A stretch of DNA of 64,000 nt from Aestuariivirgaceae bacterium (GTDB taxonomy: Bacteria > Pseudomonadota > Alphaproteobacteria > Rhizobiales > Aestuariivirgaceae), in assembly GCA_036257595.1 (NCBI GenBank), contig DATAFF010000135.1, positions 13,858 to 77,857 on the forward strand, written 5' to 3'. The position numbers and the translations under genes are program-made. Positions 1 through 13,255 of the stretch are shown here, in pieces (position 1 is the stretch's first letter; each line of letters opens with the position of its first letter). The notes under the pieces are model-generated. The model was not told the DNA's origin. It did not search any database and saw only the letters and a list, made by a program, of their open reading frames with translations.

Positions 1-1187
1 CGCCCAACATGACAACCGACCGCGCTATGCGGATCAATGAGCTCCGAGGTTTGCTCGAGCACCCTGGCGATCTCGCGCGCCGTTTCCGCCTCGCTGCAGG
101 AGCCTGAGCCGAACTTTGCCCGCATGCGCGCCAGCGCCGGCTCGGGAATGACGAACCCCCGCCGCGGTCCGGCCAGATCCTGCATCAATCTGCGAAGCGC
201 GGCGCTGTCGCGCTCCAGCGTCTCGAACAGCAGCCTTTCGAAATTGCTCGACACCTGGATGTCCATCGACGGGCTCGTCGACATCTGGACCGGCCGCAGC
301 TCGTAAGTGCCGCTGCGCAGCGCCCGGTCGAGTATGTCGTTGACATTCGTGGCGATGACCAGCCGGTCGATCGGCAGCCCCATCCGCAAGGCGACATAGC
401 CGGCGAAGATATCGCCGAAATTTCCCGTCGGCACCGCAAAGCTGACGGCGCGCCACGGTGCCCCGAGCGCCAGCGCGGCGGCAACGTAATAGACCACCTG
501 GGCCATGATCCGCGCCCAGTTGATCGAGTTGACGCCGACCAGTCGCATCTTGTCGCTGAATTGCCGGTCGGCAAACATCGCCTTGACCAGCGCCTGGGCG
601 TCGTCGAACGTCCCCTCGATGGCAATATTGTGAATGTTGGCGGCGCCCTGCGTCGTCATTTGGCGGCGCTGCACCGCGCTCACCCGCTGATGCGGATGCA
701 GCATGAAGAGCGCGATGCGCCGGCTGTCGCGGAACGCCTCGACAGCTGCCCCGCCGGTATCGCCCGATGTCGCACCCACGATGGTGACCCGCTCGCCGCG
801 CCTGGTCAGCGCCCAATCCATCATCGGCGCCAGCAGCTGCATGGCGATATCCTTGAAGGCAAGGGTCGGTCCGTGGAACAGCTCGAGCAGCCACAGATTG
901 GCATCGAGCTGCTTGAGCGGCGTCACCGCCGGATGGCCGAATCCGGCATAGGCCTGCTCGATCATGGCGCGGAAGTCGGTGCGCGGGATGGCGCCGCCGA
1001 TGAAAGGCGTCATCACCGCTTCGGCGATATCGGCATAGGAAGCACCGCTGAGCGCGCTCAATCGCTCGGGCGTCAATTGCGGCCAGCTCTCCGGCACATA
1101 GAGGCCCTGATCGCTCGCCGGGCCGCCAAGCAGCACGTCCTCGAAGCCGCTGACCGGCGCTTCGCCACGCGTCGAGATGTAGCGCAA
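1..1187 (-). CDS. thrC: Threonine synthase (3' end runs off window start)
   Basis: Hand translation of the minus strand from TTG at 1187 (AGGAA 5 nt upstream) gives (M)RYISTRGEAPVSGFEDVLLGGPASDQGLYVPE...HGPTLAFKDIAMQLL...GATSGDTGGAA...VNSINWARIMAQVVYY, an open frame to position 1. It is absent from the ORF track because of the non-ATG start and the edge truncation. Its position after surf1 fits the usual alphaproteobacterial synteny. Confidence 0.85.
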   Translation of the reverse strand, partial: MRYISTRGEAPVSGFEDVLLGGPASDQGLYVPESWPQLTPERLSALSGASYADIAEAVMTPFIGGAIPRTDFRAMIEQAYAGFGHPAVTPLKQLDANLWLLELFHGPTLAFKDIAMQLLAPMMDWALTRRGERVTIVGATSGDTGGAAVEAFRDSRRIALFMLHPHQRVSAVQRRQMTTQGAANIHNIAIEGTFDDAQALVKAMFADRQFSDKMRLVGVNSINWARIMAQVVYYVAAALALGAPWRAVSFAVPTGNFGDIFAGYVALRMGLPIDRLVIATNVNDILDRALRSGTYELRPVQMSTSPSMDIQVSSNFERLLFETLERDSAALRRLMQDLAGPRRGFVIPEPALARMRAKFGSGSCSEAETAREIARVLEQTSELIDPHSAVGCHVG

Positions 1188-1256
1188 ATTCGTTCCTGTC
1201 CCAGAGGTCTGACGTGAGCGGCAACTCGGCAACAGTAACCGGGCGCCTGATCGCCT

Positions 1257-1976
1257 TCAAGCGCGCCCGCTTTCGCGAAGCGCCAGCACCGTCATGATGG
1301 CGAGTGCCGCCGCGAGACCGAACCAGGTGAGCGCATATGACAGATGGTTGTTGGGAATGGCGACCACCGGCGTGAGGGGGCGCGGCGCATCGCTCCCGCC
1401 GAGCGGCGTCCCCGCAAGCTGGACGAACACCGGCGCAACCCGTCCCGCCGCCGGGCCGGCGCTGGCCGCCGCCATTGCGTGAAGGTCCCACCAGAACCAG
1501 CGATTGCGATTGGCATCGTTGGCTGGTGCAAATGCCGCCTTCCTGGCCGGCGGCTGGCGCGCGAAGCCGGAGAGCGCCAACGGTGCCACCGGCGGCGCAC
1601 GTACCGCGACGTCCCTGCCGCTCACCTCCGGCAGAAAGCCGCGATCGACCATGACCAGCATGCCATCATCGGTGAGGAACGGCGAAACGATCTCCCAACC
1701 CGGTCCGTAGGCCGTGCTGAACAGACGAAGATCCTTTCCCCCGACAAAGCGCCCCGAGAGCGTGACCGGCCGATAGTCGGCGGTCTTGCCGGCGCCGATC
1801 TCGGACAGAACTGTCGCAAGCGCCACCGACGGCGCCGCCAGCTCGGCCTTCCGCTCGGCGATCAGCGCGTTCTTCCATTGCAGCCGCTCGAGCTGCCAGA
1901 CCCCGAGCGTGCACAGCATGACGACGCCGAGAGCCGCGGCGATGACGAACGACAGCGGCCGGGGCAGCGCAGTCAT
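1257..1976 (-). CDS. SURF1 family cytochrome oxidase biogenesis protein
   Basis: 239-aa ORF with N- and C-terminal TM segments (GVWQLERLQWK...NNHLSYALTWFGLA). It sits directly downstream of ctaE. Confidence 0.85.
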   Translation of the reverse strand: MTALPRPLSFVIAAALGVVMLCTLGVWQLERLQWKNALIAERKAELAAPSVALATVLSEIGAGKTADYRPVTLSGRFVGGKDLRLFSTAYGPGWEIVSPFLTDDGMLVMVDRGFLPEVSGRDVAVRAPPVAPLALSGFARQPPARKAAFAPANDANRNRWFWWDLHAMAAASAGPAAGRVAPVFVQLAGTPLGGSDAPRPLTPVVAIPNNHLSYALTWFGLAAALAIMTVLALRESGRA

Positions 1977-1995
1977 CGCGCTAGAGCATCATTCT

Positions 1996-2862
1996 CTAAT
2001 GCCCTGCCGCAGCGCTCTCTGCGCCGCCGCTACCGCCGCCCCAGACATAGATGCAGGAGAACAGGAACAGCCAGACCACATCGACGAAGTGCCAGTACCA
2101 GGCCGCCGCCTCGAAGCCGAAATGCTTCTGTGGTGTGAACTGGCCCTGCATCGCGCGGATCAGGCAGACGATGAGGAAGATGGTTCCGACGATGACATGG
2201 AACCCGTGAAATCCCGTCGCCATGAAAAAGGTCGAGCCATAGATGTTGCCGCCATGCTCGCGGCTGAACGCAAAGGCGGCATGGCCATATTCATAAGCCT
2301 GCACGCTGGTGAACAACAATCCGAGCACCACCGTCGCCGCCAGGCCCCAGACCAGCCCGCGCCGATCATTGTGCAGAAGCGAATGATGCGCCCAGGTCAC
2401 CGTGGTGCCCGAGGTCAGGAGGATCAGCGTGTTGAACAGCGGCAGGTGCCATGGGTCGAACGGCACGATCCCCTTCGGCGGCCATTCGCCGCCGGTGACC
2501 TGTGCCCGCGCCTCCTGAATCGCCGATCCCGGAAACAGCGCCGCATCGAAGAACGCCCAGAACCACGCGACGAAGAACATCACCTCCGACGCGATAAACA
2601 GCAGCATCCCGTAGCGCAGATGGAGTTGCACCACCGCCGTGTGGTCGCCGCGATGCGACTCGCGGATCACATCGCGCCACCACATGAACATGGTGTAGAG
2701 CACGACCACCGTCCCGGCCAGCATGACCCAGATCGGCCAGATACTGTGCATCCAGTTGATCGCTCCGATCGCCATGATGAAGGCGCCGGTCGCCCCGACC
2801 GCCGGCCACGGGCTCGGATCGACGAGATGATACTGGTGGTTCTTGGCGTGGGTCTCGGCCAT
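1996..2862 (-). CDS. ctaE: Cytochrome c oxidase subunit III
   Basis: 288 aa beginning [20 protein letters not shown], a multi-TM protein with a typical CoxC signature. It lies in the cox operon. Confidence 0.95.
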   Translation of the reverse strand: MAETHAKNHQYHLVDPSPWPAVGATGAFIMAIGAINWMHSIWPIWVMLAGTVVVLYTMFMWWRDVIRESHRGDHTAVVQLHLRYGMLLFIASEVMFFVAWFWAFFDAALFPGSAIQEARAQVTGGEWPPKGIVPFDPWHLPLFNTLILLTSGTTVTWAHHSLLHNDRRGLVWGLAATVVLGLLFTSVQAYEYGHAAFAFSREHGGNIYGSTFFMATGFHGFHVIVGTIFLIVCLIRAMQGQFTPQKHFGFEAAAWYWHFVDVVWLFLFSCIYVWGGGSGGAESAAAGH

Positions 2863-2875
2863 GGCCGTGCTCCGG

Positions 2876-3478
2876 TCAGTTCGCTTTGCTGGCCGACGCC
2901 GACGGCGAGGCAGACGCCTCCACCGGGGCTTTGTCAGCCTGATAGAAGGTGTAGGACAGGGTGATGGTGGTCAGCTTCTTGAGGTCGATATCGTCATTGA
3001 TGGCCGGGTCGATGAAATAGGCGACCGGCATCTCGACGCTCTGGCCCGGCTCGAGCCGCTGCGCGGTGAAGCAGAAGCATTCGATCTTGTTGAAATAGCT
3101 GCCGGCCTTGTGCGGCGTCACGTTGAACACCGCCATGCCGACTTGCGGCTTGTCGGAGAGATTGGTGGCGCGATAGAAGGCGAGCCCCTGCTCGCCGATC
3201 TTGAGCTGCTGCGCGCGCTGCGCCGGCTCGAACCGCCAGCTGATCCCCGGACCGACATTGGCATCGAAATCGATGGTGAGCGATCGCGCGAGCACCGTCT
3301 CGGGCGCTACGCTGGCGCGCCGCGTCGTCCCGTCATAGCCCGTGACCTGGCAGAACAGCCGATAGAGCGGCACCGCGGCGAAGGAGAGCGCCGTCATGGC
3401 GAAGACCAGCGCGGCGCACAGCCCCACGACGAGGTGGTTCCTCGACAGGCGCCGACCGCTCGTTGCGAAGGGAGACAT
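2876..3478 (-). CDS. ctaG: Cytochrome c oxidase assembly protein CtaG/Cox11
   Basis: The ORF in the track is 2876..3637. I trimmed it to the internal ATG at 3478 ([20 protein letters not shown]... TM anchor). It carries [14 protein letters not shown] and a copper-site CFCF motif (IECFCFTAQ). Confidence 0.85.
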   Translation of the reverse strand: MSPFATSGRRLSRNHLVVGLCAALVFAMTALSFAAVPLYRLFCQVTGYDGTTRRASVAPETVLARSLTIDFDANVGPGISWRFEPAQRAQQLKIGEQGLAFYRATNLSDKPQVGMAVFNVTPHKAGSYFNKIECFCFTAQRLEPGQSVEMPVAYFIDPAINDDIDLKKLTTITLSYTFYQADKAPVEASASPSASASKAN

Positions 3479-3491
3479 CGGCCGTGCCCCC

Positions 3492-3652
3492 TTAGAAGGC
3501 GCGGTCGGCGACATTGCCGCCGAGGCGCACGATGGTGGTGATGAAGAACAGGACCGCCATGGCCGCCAGGGCAAGGGCAATGGCGATCGACCGGCCGCGC
3601 CGCCGGCGCTCCTGTTCCTCGGGCTGAAGCCCGGCACGCTCCGGCTCGCCGG

Positions 3653-3656
<4 letters not shown>
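3492..3656 (-). CDS. Small (54 aa) single-TM protein between ctaB and ctaG, unannotated in the ORF track
   Basis: Hand translation gives [54 protein letters not shown]. Its ATG at 3656 overlaps the ctaB TGA (ATGA), and its TAA lies 13 nt before the ctaG start. The layout is a charged N-terminus followed by one hydrophobic helix. Confidence 0.45.
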
Positions 3657-7124
<3,468 letters not shown>

Positions 7125-7537
7125 CGCCGCGCGCTCCCGCGCACCAGCATGACGGCCCGATCAAGGGAAGATTGTATATTGGCCCTCGGAAGAAGTCCCA
7201 CGGCTGTCCTGTCCATCCCTGTCCTGCAGGTCATTCAGCCGCGCCGCGCGGCGCTGTGTGTGAAACCATAATCCCCCAATGCTCGCAATCGGTTGTCTGC
7301 GCGGCAAAACCACGCGCGCCGAGTTCCTGCGATTGCCACCAATGAACACCATGGGAGGGAAGAGCGGTCAATCGCAATTCCGCCCAATTTGTCGCTGATC
7401 AACGCGGCCAGGCGGATCGGTGTTGCGACCATTTGACACGAAGCCGAGGGGGAGTTCGCGGGAATTGGCAAAGACTGCTGCCACAGGGACTAGCGGGCGT
7501 CGCAAGCGGCGGCAGAACAGGGCATTCCTCTTTCGCT

Positions 7538-7559
7538 CAGCGGCTCGGCCGAGCCGCTG
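7538..7559. repeat. Perfect 22-bp palindrome upstream of the ialB-like gene
   Basis: CAGCGGCTCGG|CCGAGCCGCTG read directly from the sequence. It lies in the 454-bp divergent ctaC/ialB intergenic region. Confidence 0.6.
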
Positions 7560-7578
7560 AAATTGGTTCCGCGCCGCC

Positions 7579-8379
7579 ATGGTCGGCGCCACTGCTAGGG
7601 AGCATTGGGCAATCGTGAAGACGATCAGCGTGGTCTGCCGCAATCTCATCATCGCGATCATGGGAACTGCCTGCGGCATTGCTGCCGTCACCGCAGCCAC
7701 TGTGGCGCAGGCGCAGCAGCAGCCAGCCGGTCAGGAGCCAGCCGCCCAGGGCCAAGGCAAGCTGCCGCCGGCGCAATTCGGCCCGCGCGCTGCGCGGCCG
7801 CAGGCCGGCGGGCAGCCGGGCCAGCAGCGTTCACGCGTGCCCCCGCCGCAGGTCATGGGCAAGTTCGGAGACTGGGTGCTGCAGTGCGAGCAGACCCCCC
7901 AGACCGCGGCCAGCACCGCCGGTCAGGACGCCGCGCAGGAGACCGCCTCGACCGATAATGCCCCTTCCGGCAAGGGCGATGCTGCCAAACCGGATGCAAA
8001 TGGCGAGCGGCCCTGCGGCCTGGTGCAGACGGTGCGCGACGAGAAGCGGAAGAACATCGGCCTCACTCTGGTGCTGCTGGAGGGGATGCAGCAGGGCAAG
8101 AAGGTCACCATGATGCGGGTAATGGCCCCGATCGGGGTCTTCCTGCCGACCGGCGTGGCGCTCGAGATCGATGGCTCCGCTGTCGGGCGCGTTCCCTTCA
8201 CCCGCTGCCTGCCTCAGGTCTGCATCGCCTTCGCCGAGGCCACCCCGCCAACGCTCGAGAAGCTCAAGAAAGGCGGCAAGGCGAATTTCATCATCTATGA
8301 AGCCCCTGGCGTCGGCATCCGCCTGCCGATCACGCTGAACGGCTTCAGCAAGGCGCTGGTCGAGCTCGCGAAACTCTAG
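7579..8379 (+). CDS. Invasion-associated locus B (IalB) family protein with low-complexity insertions
   Basis: C-terminal region MAPIGVFLPTGVALEIDG...FTRCLPQVCIAFAEA...ANFIIYEAPGVGIRLPITLNGFSKA is IalB-like. A signal-like segment VKTISVVCRNLIIAIMGTACGIAAVTAATVAQA suggests the true start may be GTG 7615 or ATG 7660. Confidence 0.75.
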   Translation: MVGATAREHWAIVKTISVVCRNLIIAIMGTACGIAAVTAATVAQAQQQPAGQEPAAQGQGKLPPAQFGPRAARPQAGGQPGQQRSRVPPPQVMGKFGDWVLQCEQTPQTAASTAGQDAAQETASTDNAPSGKGDAAKPDANGERPCGLVQTVRDEKRKNIGLTLVLLEGMQQGKKVTMMRVMAPIGVFLPTGVALEIDGSAVGRVPFTRCLPQVCIAFAEATPPTLEKLKKGGKANFIIYEAPGVGIRLPITLNGFSKALVELAKL

Positions 8380-8393
8380 AGCAGGCAGCTGGA

Positions 8394-8417
8394 GACTGGC
8401 GCTCGGACCCGCCAGTC
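8394..8417 (+). terminator. Hairpin after the ialB-like gene
   Basis: GACTGGCG-ctcggacc-CGCCAGTC (8-bp perfect stem), 15 nt after the stop. It has no clear T-run, so terminator function is uncertain. Confidence 0.3.
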
Positions 8418-8456
8418 CCTACATTTGCGGCTATCGCCGAGAAGGAGCCGCAAGCC

Positions 8457-9893
8457 ATGCCGACCGACGCCGGTCAGTCAGTCTTTGAACAAGGAGAAAT
8501 CGCGCCGGAGAAGGCCCAGAGCATCGTCGAGGATGCCCTGGCTGGTGCCGATGACGGCGAACTGTTCCTCGAAATGCGCCGCAGCGAGGTCTTGAGCTTC
8601 GACGATAGCCGGTTGCGCTCGGCATCCTTCGACAGTCACCAGGGCTTCGGCCTGCGTGCCATTCGCGGCGAGACCACCGCTCTCGCCCATGCGAGCGAGA
8701 TCTCGGAATCCTCCCTTCGACGGGCCGCCGAAACGGTGCGGGCAGTCCATGGCGGCCATTCCGGCACCATTGCCGAGCCGCCGGCAGGCACCAATCGTCG
8801 GCTCTATGGCGATGGTGACCCGGTGGCGGCCATGGCGTTTGCCGACAAGGTGGCTCTGCTTTCCGCCGCCGACGCTTTTGCCCGCGACCTCGACCCGCGC
8901 GTGCGCCAGGTGTCGCTGTCGCTCGCCGGCGACTGGCAATCGGTCGAGATCATCCGGCCCGGTGGCCATCGCCTCCGCGATGTGCGCCCGCTCGTCCGCT
9001 TCAACGTCACCATCATGACCGGCGAAGGCGACCGCCAGGCCACCGGCACTTACGGCGTTGGCGGCCGCGCCGACTATCAGGACCATATCGGCCAGGATCG
9101 CTGGCAGGAGGTGGTGCGCAAGGCACTGGCCCAGAGTCTGGTGGCGCTCGCCGCCGAGGACGCGCCGGCCGGCGAGATGACCGTCGTGCTCGGGCCCGGC
9201 TGGCCGGGCATCCTGTTGCACGAAGCCATCGGGCATGGCCTCGAGGGCGACTTCAACCGCAAAGGCACTTCCGCCTTTGCCGGGCTCATGGGACAGCAGA
9301 TCGCCGCCCGCGACGTCACCGTCGTCGATGATGGAACGCTGCCCGGGCGCCGCGGCAGCATCAGCATCGATGACGAAGGAACTCCCTCGCGCCGCACCGT
9401 GCTGATCGAGAACGGCAAGCTCGTCGGCTATATGCAGGACCGTCTCAATGCCCGACTGATGGGAGCGGCGGCGACCGGCAACGGCCGGCGCCAGTCCTAT
9501 GCCCACCAGCCGCTGCCGCGCATGACCAATACCATCATGCTCGCGGGCGACAGGGAGCCCGGCGAGATTCTCGCCTCCGTGCAGAGCGGGCTTTATGCGG
9601 TTTCCTTCGGCGGCGGACAGGTCGACATCACCTCGGGCAAGTTCGTGTTCTCCTGCACCGAGGCCTATCGCATCGAGAACGGCAAGGTCGGTGCGCCGGT
9701 CAAGGGAGCGACCCTGATCGGCAATGGCGCCGATGCGCTCACCCGCATCAGCATGGTCGGCAACGATTTGGAGCTTGATCCCGGCATTGGGACATGCGGC
9801 AAGCAGGGCCAGGGCGTCCCGGTCGGGGTTGGTCTGCCCACCATCAGGCTCGACGGCATCACCGTTGGCGGAACCGCGCAACCATCGCGCTAG
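8457..9893 (+). CDS. tldD: Metalloprotease TldD
   Basis: 478 aa with the HEAIGHGLEGDF zinc motif and a typical TldD N-terminus. Confidence 0.95.
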   Translation: MPTDAGQSVFEQGEIAPEKAQSIVEDALAGADDGELFLEMRRSEVLSFDDSRLRSASFDSHQGFGLRAIRGETTALAHASEISESSLRRAAETVRAVHGGHSGTIAEPPAGTNRRLYGDGDPVAAMAFADKVALLSAADAFARDLDPRVRQVSLSLAGDWQSVEIIRPGGHRLRDVRPLVRFNVTIMTGEGDRQATGTYGVGGRADYQDHIGQDRWQEVVRKALAQSLVALAAEDAPAGEMTVVLGPGWPGILLHEAIGHGLEGDFNRKGTSAFAGLMGQQIAARDVTVVDDGTLPGRRGSISIDDEGTPSRRTVLIENGKLVGYMQDRLNARLMGAAATGNGRRQSYAHQPLPRMTNTIMLAGDREPGEILASVQSGLYAVSFGGGQVDITSGKFVFSCTEAYRIENGKVGAPVKGATLIGNGADALTRISMVGNDLELDPGIGTCGKQGQGVPVGVGLPTIRLDGITVGGTAQPSR

Positions 9894-9903
9894 GACATCC
9901 ATC

Positions 9904-10509
9904 ATGCGCGCCGTGATCTTCGACATGGACGGCGTGTTGTGCCATTACGAGCTGAAGAAGCGGCTCGAGGTGCTGTCCCGGCTGTCTGGACGCACACCGG
10001 CGGAGATCGAGAGCGCCATCTGGGGCTCCGGCTTCGAGGAGGATGCCGACAGCGGTGTCTATGGGAGCGGGGACAAATATTTGCAGGCCTTCGCCGAACG
10101 ACTCGGTCATCCGATCGATCGTGCCGAATGGATCGCGGCGCGCCGGGCCTCGATGACGCCGATCCCTGAAGTTCTGGCGCTCGTCGCCACCCTTCGCGCC
10201 ACGTCGAAGGTGGCGCTCCTCTCGAACAACGGCCCGCTGACCCAGGAGACCTTTGCCGAGCTGTTCCCCGAAGCGGCCGCCCTCTTCGGACGTGCCGCGT
10301 TCTTCTCCTGGTCCTTCGGCATCAAGAAGCCGGATCCGGCGATCTATCGCCAGGCCGCCCGAATCCTCGAAGTCAGCCCGAGCAGCGCCGTTTTCATCGA
10401 CGACAAGGCGCACAATGTGGCCGGCGCCGAGGCCGCCGGGCTGACCGCATTCTGCTTCTCGACCGTCGGCCAGCTCAGGAAAGATCTCGCCGCGCTGCAG
10501 GTTCTGTGA
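9904..10509 (+). CDS. HAD-superfamily hydrolase
   Basis: Trimmed to ATG 9904. MRAVIFDMDGVLC carries the DxDG motif I, and the C-terminal FIDDKAHNVAGA is motif IV-like. Confidence 0.8.
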   Translation: MRAVIFDMDGVLCHYELKKRLEVLSRLSGRTPAEIESAIWGSGFEEDADSGVYGSGDKYLQAFAERLGHPIDRAEWIAARRASMTPIPEVLALVATLRATSKVALLSNNGPLTQETFAELFPEAAALFGRAAFFSWSFGIKKPDPAIYRQAARILEVSPSSAVFIDDKAHNVAGAEAAGLTAFCFSTVGQLRKDLAALQVL

Positions 10510-10510
10510 C

Positions 10511-11887
10511 GTGGACGCCCCGTCGAGACCGCCCATCGCCCGCTTCGTCACCGGCTCGACCATGCGCCATGTGGTGGTGATGACGCTGACCAGCTCGGTC
10601 GGGCTCATGGCCCTGTTTTTCGTCGACCTCGCCAGCCTGTTTTTCCTCAACCTTCTCGGCAGGACCGAGATCACCGCCGCCATCGGCTATGCCGGAGCCA
10701 TCTCCTTCACCAATCTCTCCTTGAGCCTCGGTCTTGGCATCGCCGCCTCGGCGTTGGTGTCGCGTTCGCTTGGCGCCCGCGAGCTCGAGAAGGCGCGCCG
10801 TTACGCCACCAGCGCGCTCGCCGCGACCACCGCCGTCGCAATCCTCATCGCCGTGCTGACGGCGATCTTCACCGATCCGCTGCTCGCCTTGCTTGGCGCG
10901 ACCGGCGAGGCCGCTGCCGAAGGGCGCCGCTACCTCCAAACCTTGATGCCCGGTTTCCCGGCCATCGCCGGCGCCGTGACCTGCTCCTTCATCCTGCGGG
11001 CAATCGGCGATCCCACCCGCGCCATGTATGTCACTCTGACCGCGGCGGCGATCAACGGGGTTCTCGACCCGATCACCATTTTCGTGCTCGGCCTCGGCCT
11101 TCAGGGTGCCGCTGTCAGCACGCTTGTCGCCTATCTGGTGTCGCTGCTGGTCGGCCTCTACGGTGTCCAGCGGGTTCACCGCATGCTCGCACCGTTCCGG
11201 CTCGAGCATTTTCGCGAGGACCTGCGGCCGGTCTTCGACATCGCTATCCCCGCCATGCTGACCCAGCTCGCGACCCCCTTCGCCGCCGCCTATCTGACCC
11301 GCATCGCCGCCCAGTTCGGCGACGAGGCGGTCGCCGCCGTGGCCATCATCAACCGGCTGGTGCCCGTCGCCTTTGGCGTTATCTTCTCCCTGTCGAGCGC
11401 CGTCGGCCCGATCATCGGCCAGAATTACGGTGCCGGCGAATTCGGGCGGGTGCGCCAGAGCCTGCATGACGCCATCATCTTTGCCTGCACTTACACGCTG
11501 CTGACCGCCTTCGCGCTCTTTCTTCTGCGCGACATCGTCCCGGCCATCTTCAACGTCCATGGCGACACGGCGGCGCTCGTCACCTTCTATTGCACCTATG
11601 TCGCGGTGAGCTTCGCCTTTACCGGCGCCCAGTTCGTTGCCCAGGCAGCCTTCAACAATCTCGGCCGTCCGCATTGGTCGACGGTGGTCAATTGGGGGCG
11701 CGCCACCATCGGCACCGTGCCGTTCCTGCATGCCGGTGCGATGATCGCCGGTGCAGCAGGGATGCTGGTCGGCAGCGCGCTCGGGTCGGTGATCTTCGGC
11801 AGCGTTGCTGTCGCCGCCGCCTATTGGCTGACCAGCCAGATCGAACGAACCATGCGCGAAGCGGGCGAGAGCCGCGCGCCCATTTGA
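10511..11887 (+). CDS. MATE family efflux transporter
   Basis: 458 aa, about 12 predicted TM segments, and a MATE-like N-terminus. GTG start 1 nt after the HAD stop. Confidence 0.85.
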   Translation: MDAPSRPPIARFVTGSTMRHVVVMTLTSSVGLMALFFVDLASLFFLNLLGRTEITAAIGYAGAISFTNLSLSLGLGIAASALVSRSLGARELEKARRYATSALAATTAVAILIAVLTAIFTDPLLALLGATGEAAAEGRRYLQTLMPGFPAIAGAVTCSFILRAIGDPTRAMYVTLTAAAINGVLDPITIFVLGLGLQGAAVSTLVAYLVSLLVGLYGVQRVHRMLAPFRLEHFREDLRPVFDIAIPAMLTQLATPFAAAYLTRIAAQFGDEAVAAVAIINRLVPVAFGVIFSLSSAVGPIIGQNYGAGEFGRVRQSLHDAIIFACTYTLLTAFALFLLRDIVPAIFNVHGDTAALVTFYCTYVAVSFAFTGAQFVAQAAFNNLGRPHWSTVVNWGRATIGTVPFLHAGAMIAGAAGMLVGSALGSVIFGSVAVAAAYWLTSQIERTMREAGESRAPI

Positions 11888-11919
11888 CGAAAAATCCGCC
11901 GCGCATAAACTGCAACCCG

Positions 11920-12561
11920 ATGACCGAGCAGATCCTCGACATTGTCCTCAATGCCCAGAACGGCGGTGCCGCTGCTGCCGCCGGCCGCCTTGTCGGCGTG
12001 TCGCCCGAGGACGCCACGACGGCCTGCCGCCGTCTCGTGCCGGAGATCGCCGGCCGCGCCCGCGACAAGGCGGAGACCGACCAGGCGGCCTATGACGAGC
12101 TCCTCGACCTGATCGCGGACGACGGCACCGCGGCGGTGCTGGATGACCCTACCGTGCTTGCCGCTCCCGAGACCCGGGCCGATGGCGAGAGCATCCTGAC
12201 CGCCCTTTATGGCGCCCCCGACCAAGCCATGGCGAGCGCCGGCAGGGCCGGGCCGATGGTACCGCTGATCGCCGTCCTGACCTTTGCCGCCATTGCCCGG
12301 CGCGGTCAGGCAACGATGCTGGGCATCGCCAGCGTGCCGGACCGCGGCAGCGGCGGCGGTATTTTCGGAACCATTCTGTCGGCGCTGCTCGCCGGTCTGG
12401 TCAAAGGCCTGATGCAGGCGCTCCAGCGCCGCACCAGCTCCTACGGGCGGCGCCGTCCCGCCTATGGCACACGCCGCAGCCGCACGACATCGACCAGACG
12501 CCGCCGTGCGCAACAGCCGTCGCTCGACGATATTTTCGGCGAGATCCTGCGCCGCCGCTGA
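11920..12561 (+). CDS. Hypothetical protein (DUF937-like) with Arg-rich C-terminal tail
   Basis: Trimmed to ATG 11920 (MTEQILDIVLNAQNGG...). The tail is RRTSSYGRRRPAYGTRRSRTTSTRRRRAQQ. The family call is from memory only. Confidence 0.5.
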   Translation: MTEQILDIVLNAQNGGAAAAAGRLVGVSPEDATTACRRLVPEIAGRARDKAETDQAAYDELLDLIADDGTAAVLDDPTVLAAPETRADGESILTALYGAPDQAMASAGRAGPMVPLIAVLTFAAIARRGQATMLGIASVPDRGSGGGIFGTILSALLAGLVKGLMQALQRRTSSYGRRRPAYGTRRSRTTSTRRRRAQQPSLDDIFGEILRRR

Positions 12562-12574
12562 ACGCCGTCACCGG

Positions 12575-12829
12575 TCAATCACGCAGGTGCAGGCGGCGCC
12601 TGAGACCGCGCTCCTCGAGCTCCTGGGTCGCGTTGCGCCAGATCGGCAGCCGCGCCGCCCAGTCGAGATCGGCCCTATCGATTCCCATGTCGTTGAGAAC
12701 ACGGTCCTCATAGCTTGCCAGCCGCCGCACCGAGCGCCTGGCCAACCAATGGTCCCATAGCCGGGCCAGATTCCATGTGGCCGGCTCTTCAGTCAGCGCT
12801 TCGGCGCGCGATTCCATGAGATTGTACAT
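12575..12829 (-). CDS. DUF1127 domain-containing small protein
   Basis: 84 aa with the signature LASYEDRVLNDMGIDRADLDWAA and an Arg-rich tail. Confidence 0.75.
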   Translation of the reverse strand: MYNLMESRAEALTEEPATWNLARLWDHWLARRSVRRLASYEDRVLNDMGIDRADLDWAARLPIWRNATQELEERGLRRRLHLRD

Positions 12830-12847
12830 GGCATTCTCCTTTCCCCT

Positions 12848-13117
12848 TCAGATCGCCCGGCGGTTCCGCAGTGCACGGCGCTCCGCCGCCCGGCGGGTAA
12901 GCTCCTCGCTGGGCAGTCCGGAGCTGGTTTGATGAAGCGCCCAGTCGAGATCCGCCCTGGTCAGGCCGATATCGGCCAGTAGGTGGTCGTCGAGCTGCGA
13001 TATGGCTTGCACCGTGCGCCGATCGTTCCAATGGCGCATGACGCGCGAAATGAACGAGATGATGCCGGCACGCCCAGAACCGGGTTCGTGTAAAACGGGA
13101 TGGGCTGCTGCTTTCAT
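12848..13117 (-). CDS. DUF1127 domain-containing small protein (tandem paralog)
   Basis: 89 aa with ISQLDDHLLADIGLTRADLDWAL and an Arg-rich tail RRAAERRALRNRRAI. Confidence 0.75.
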   Translation of the reverse strand: MKAAAHPVLHEPGSGRAGIISFISRVMRHWNDRRTVQAISQLDDHLLADIGLTRADLDWALHQTSSGLPSEELTRRAAERRALRNRRAI

Positions 13118-13206
13118 GTCCGTATCTCCTATGGCGAAAACCCTTGTTTCCGCCCAACCGCTGGGTGCACTGCACCCGTTACAGGATCATGAATTGCAGG
13201 TGGGTT

Positions 13207-13255
13207 AACTTGATTGATAAATCCAATGAATATATATCATGAACTATATCAAGTT
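13207..13255. promoter_or_regulatory. AT-rich divergent promoter region with 8-bp inverted repeat (candidate LysR operator)
   Basis: AACTTGAT-N33-ATCAAGTT, with an internal TGATA...TATCA and a TATATAT run. It is the only strongly AT-rich stretch between the DUF1127 genes and the LysR gene. Confidence 0.3.

Noticed and set aside
34-1491. 485-aa minus-strand ORF, plus the 561..1217 plus-strand ORF, covering the first 1.5 kb
   Set aside because: The translations are R/G/A/P-rich with no protein-like pattern. A different minus-strand frame gives a clean threonine synthase sequence, so these are GC-rich shadow ORFs.
8478-9926. 482-aa minus-strand ORF
   Set aside because: It is an antisense shadow of tldD and shows no recognisable motifs.
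10475-11731. 418-aa minus-strand ORF
   Set aside because: It is an antisense shadow of the MATE transporter gene, with a G/D/R/E-rich composition.
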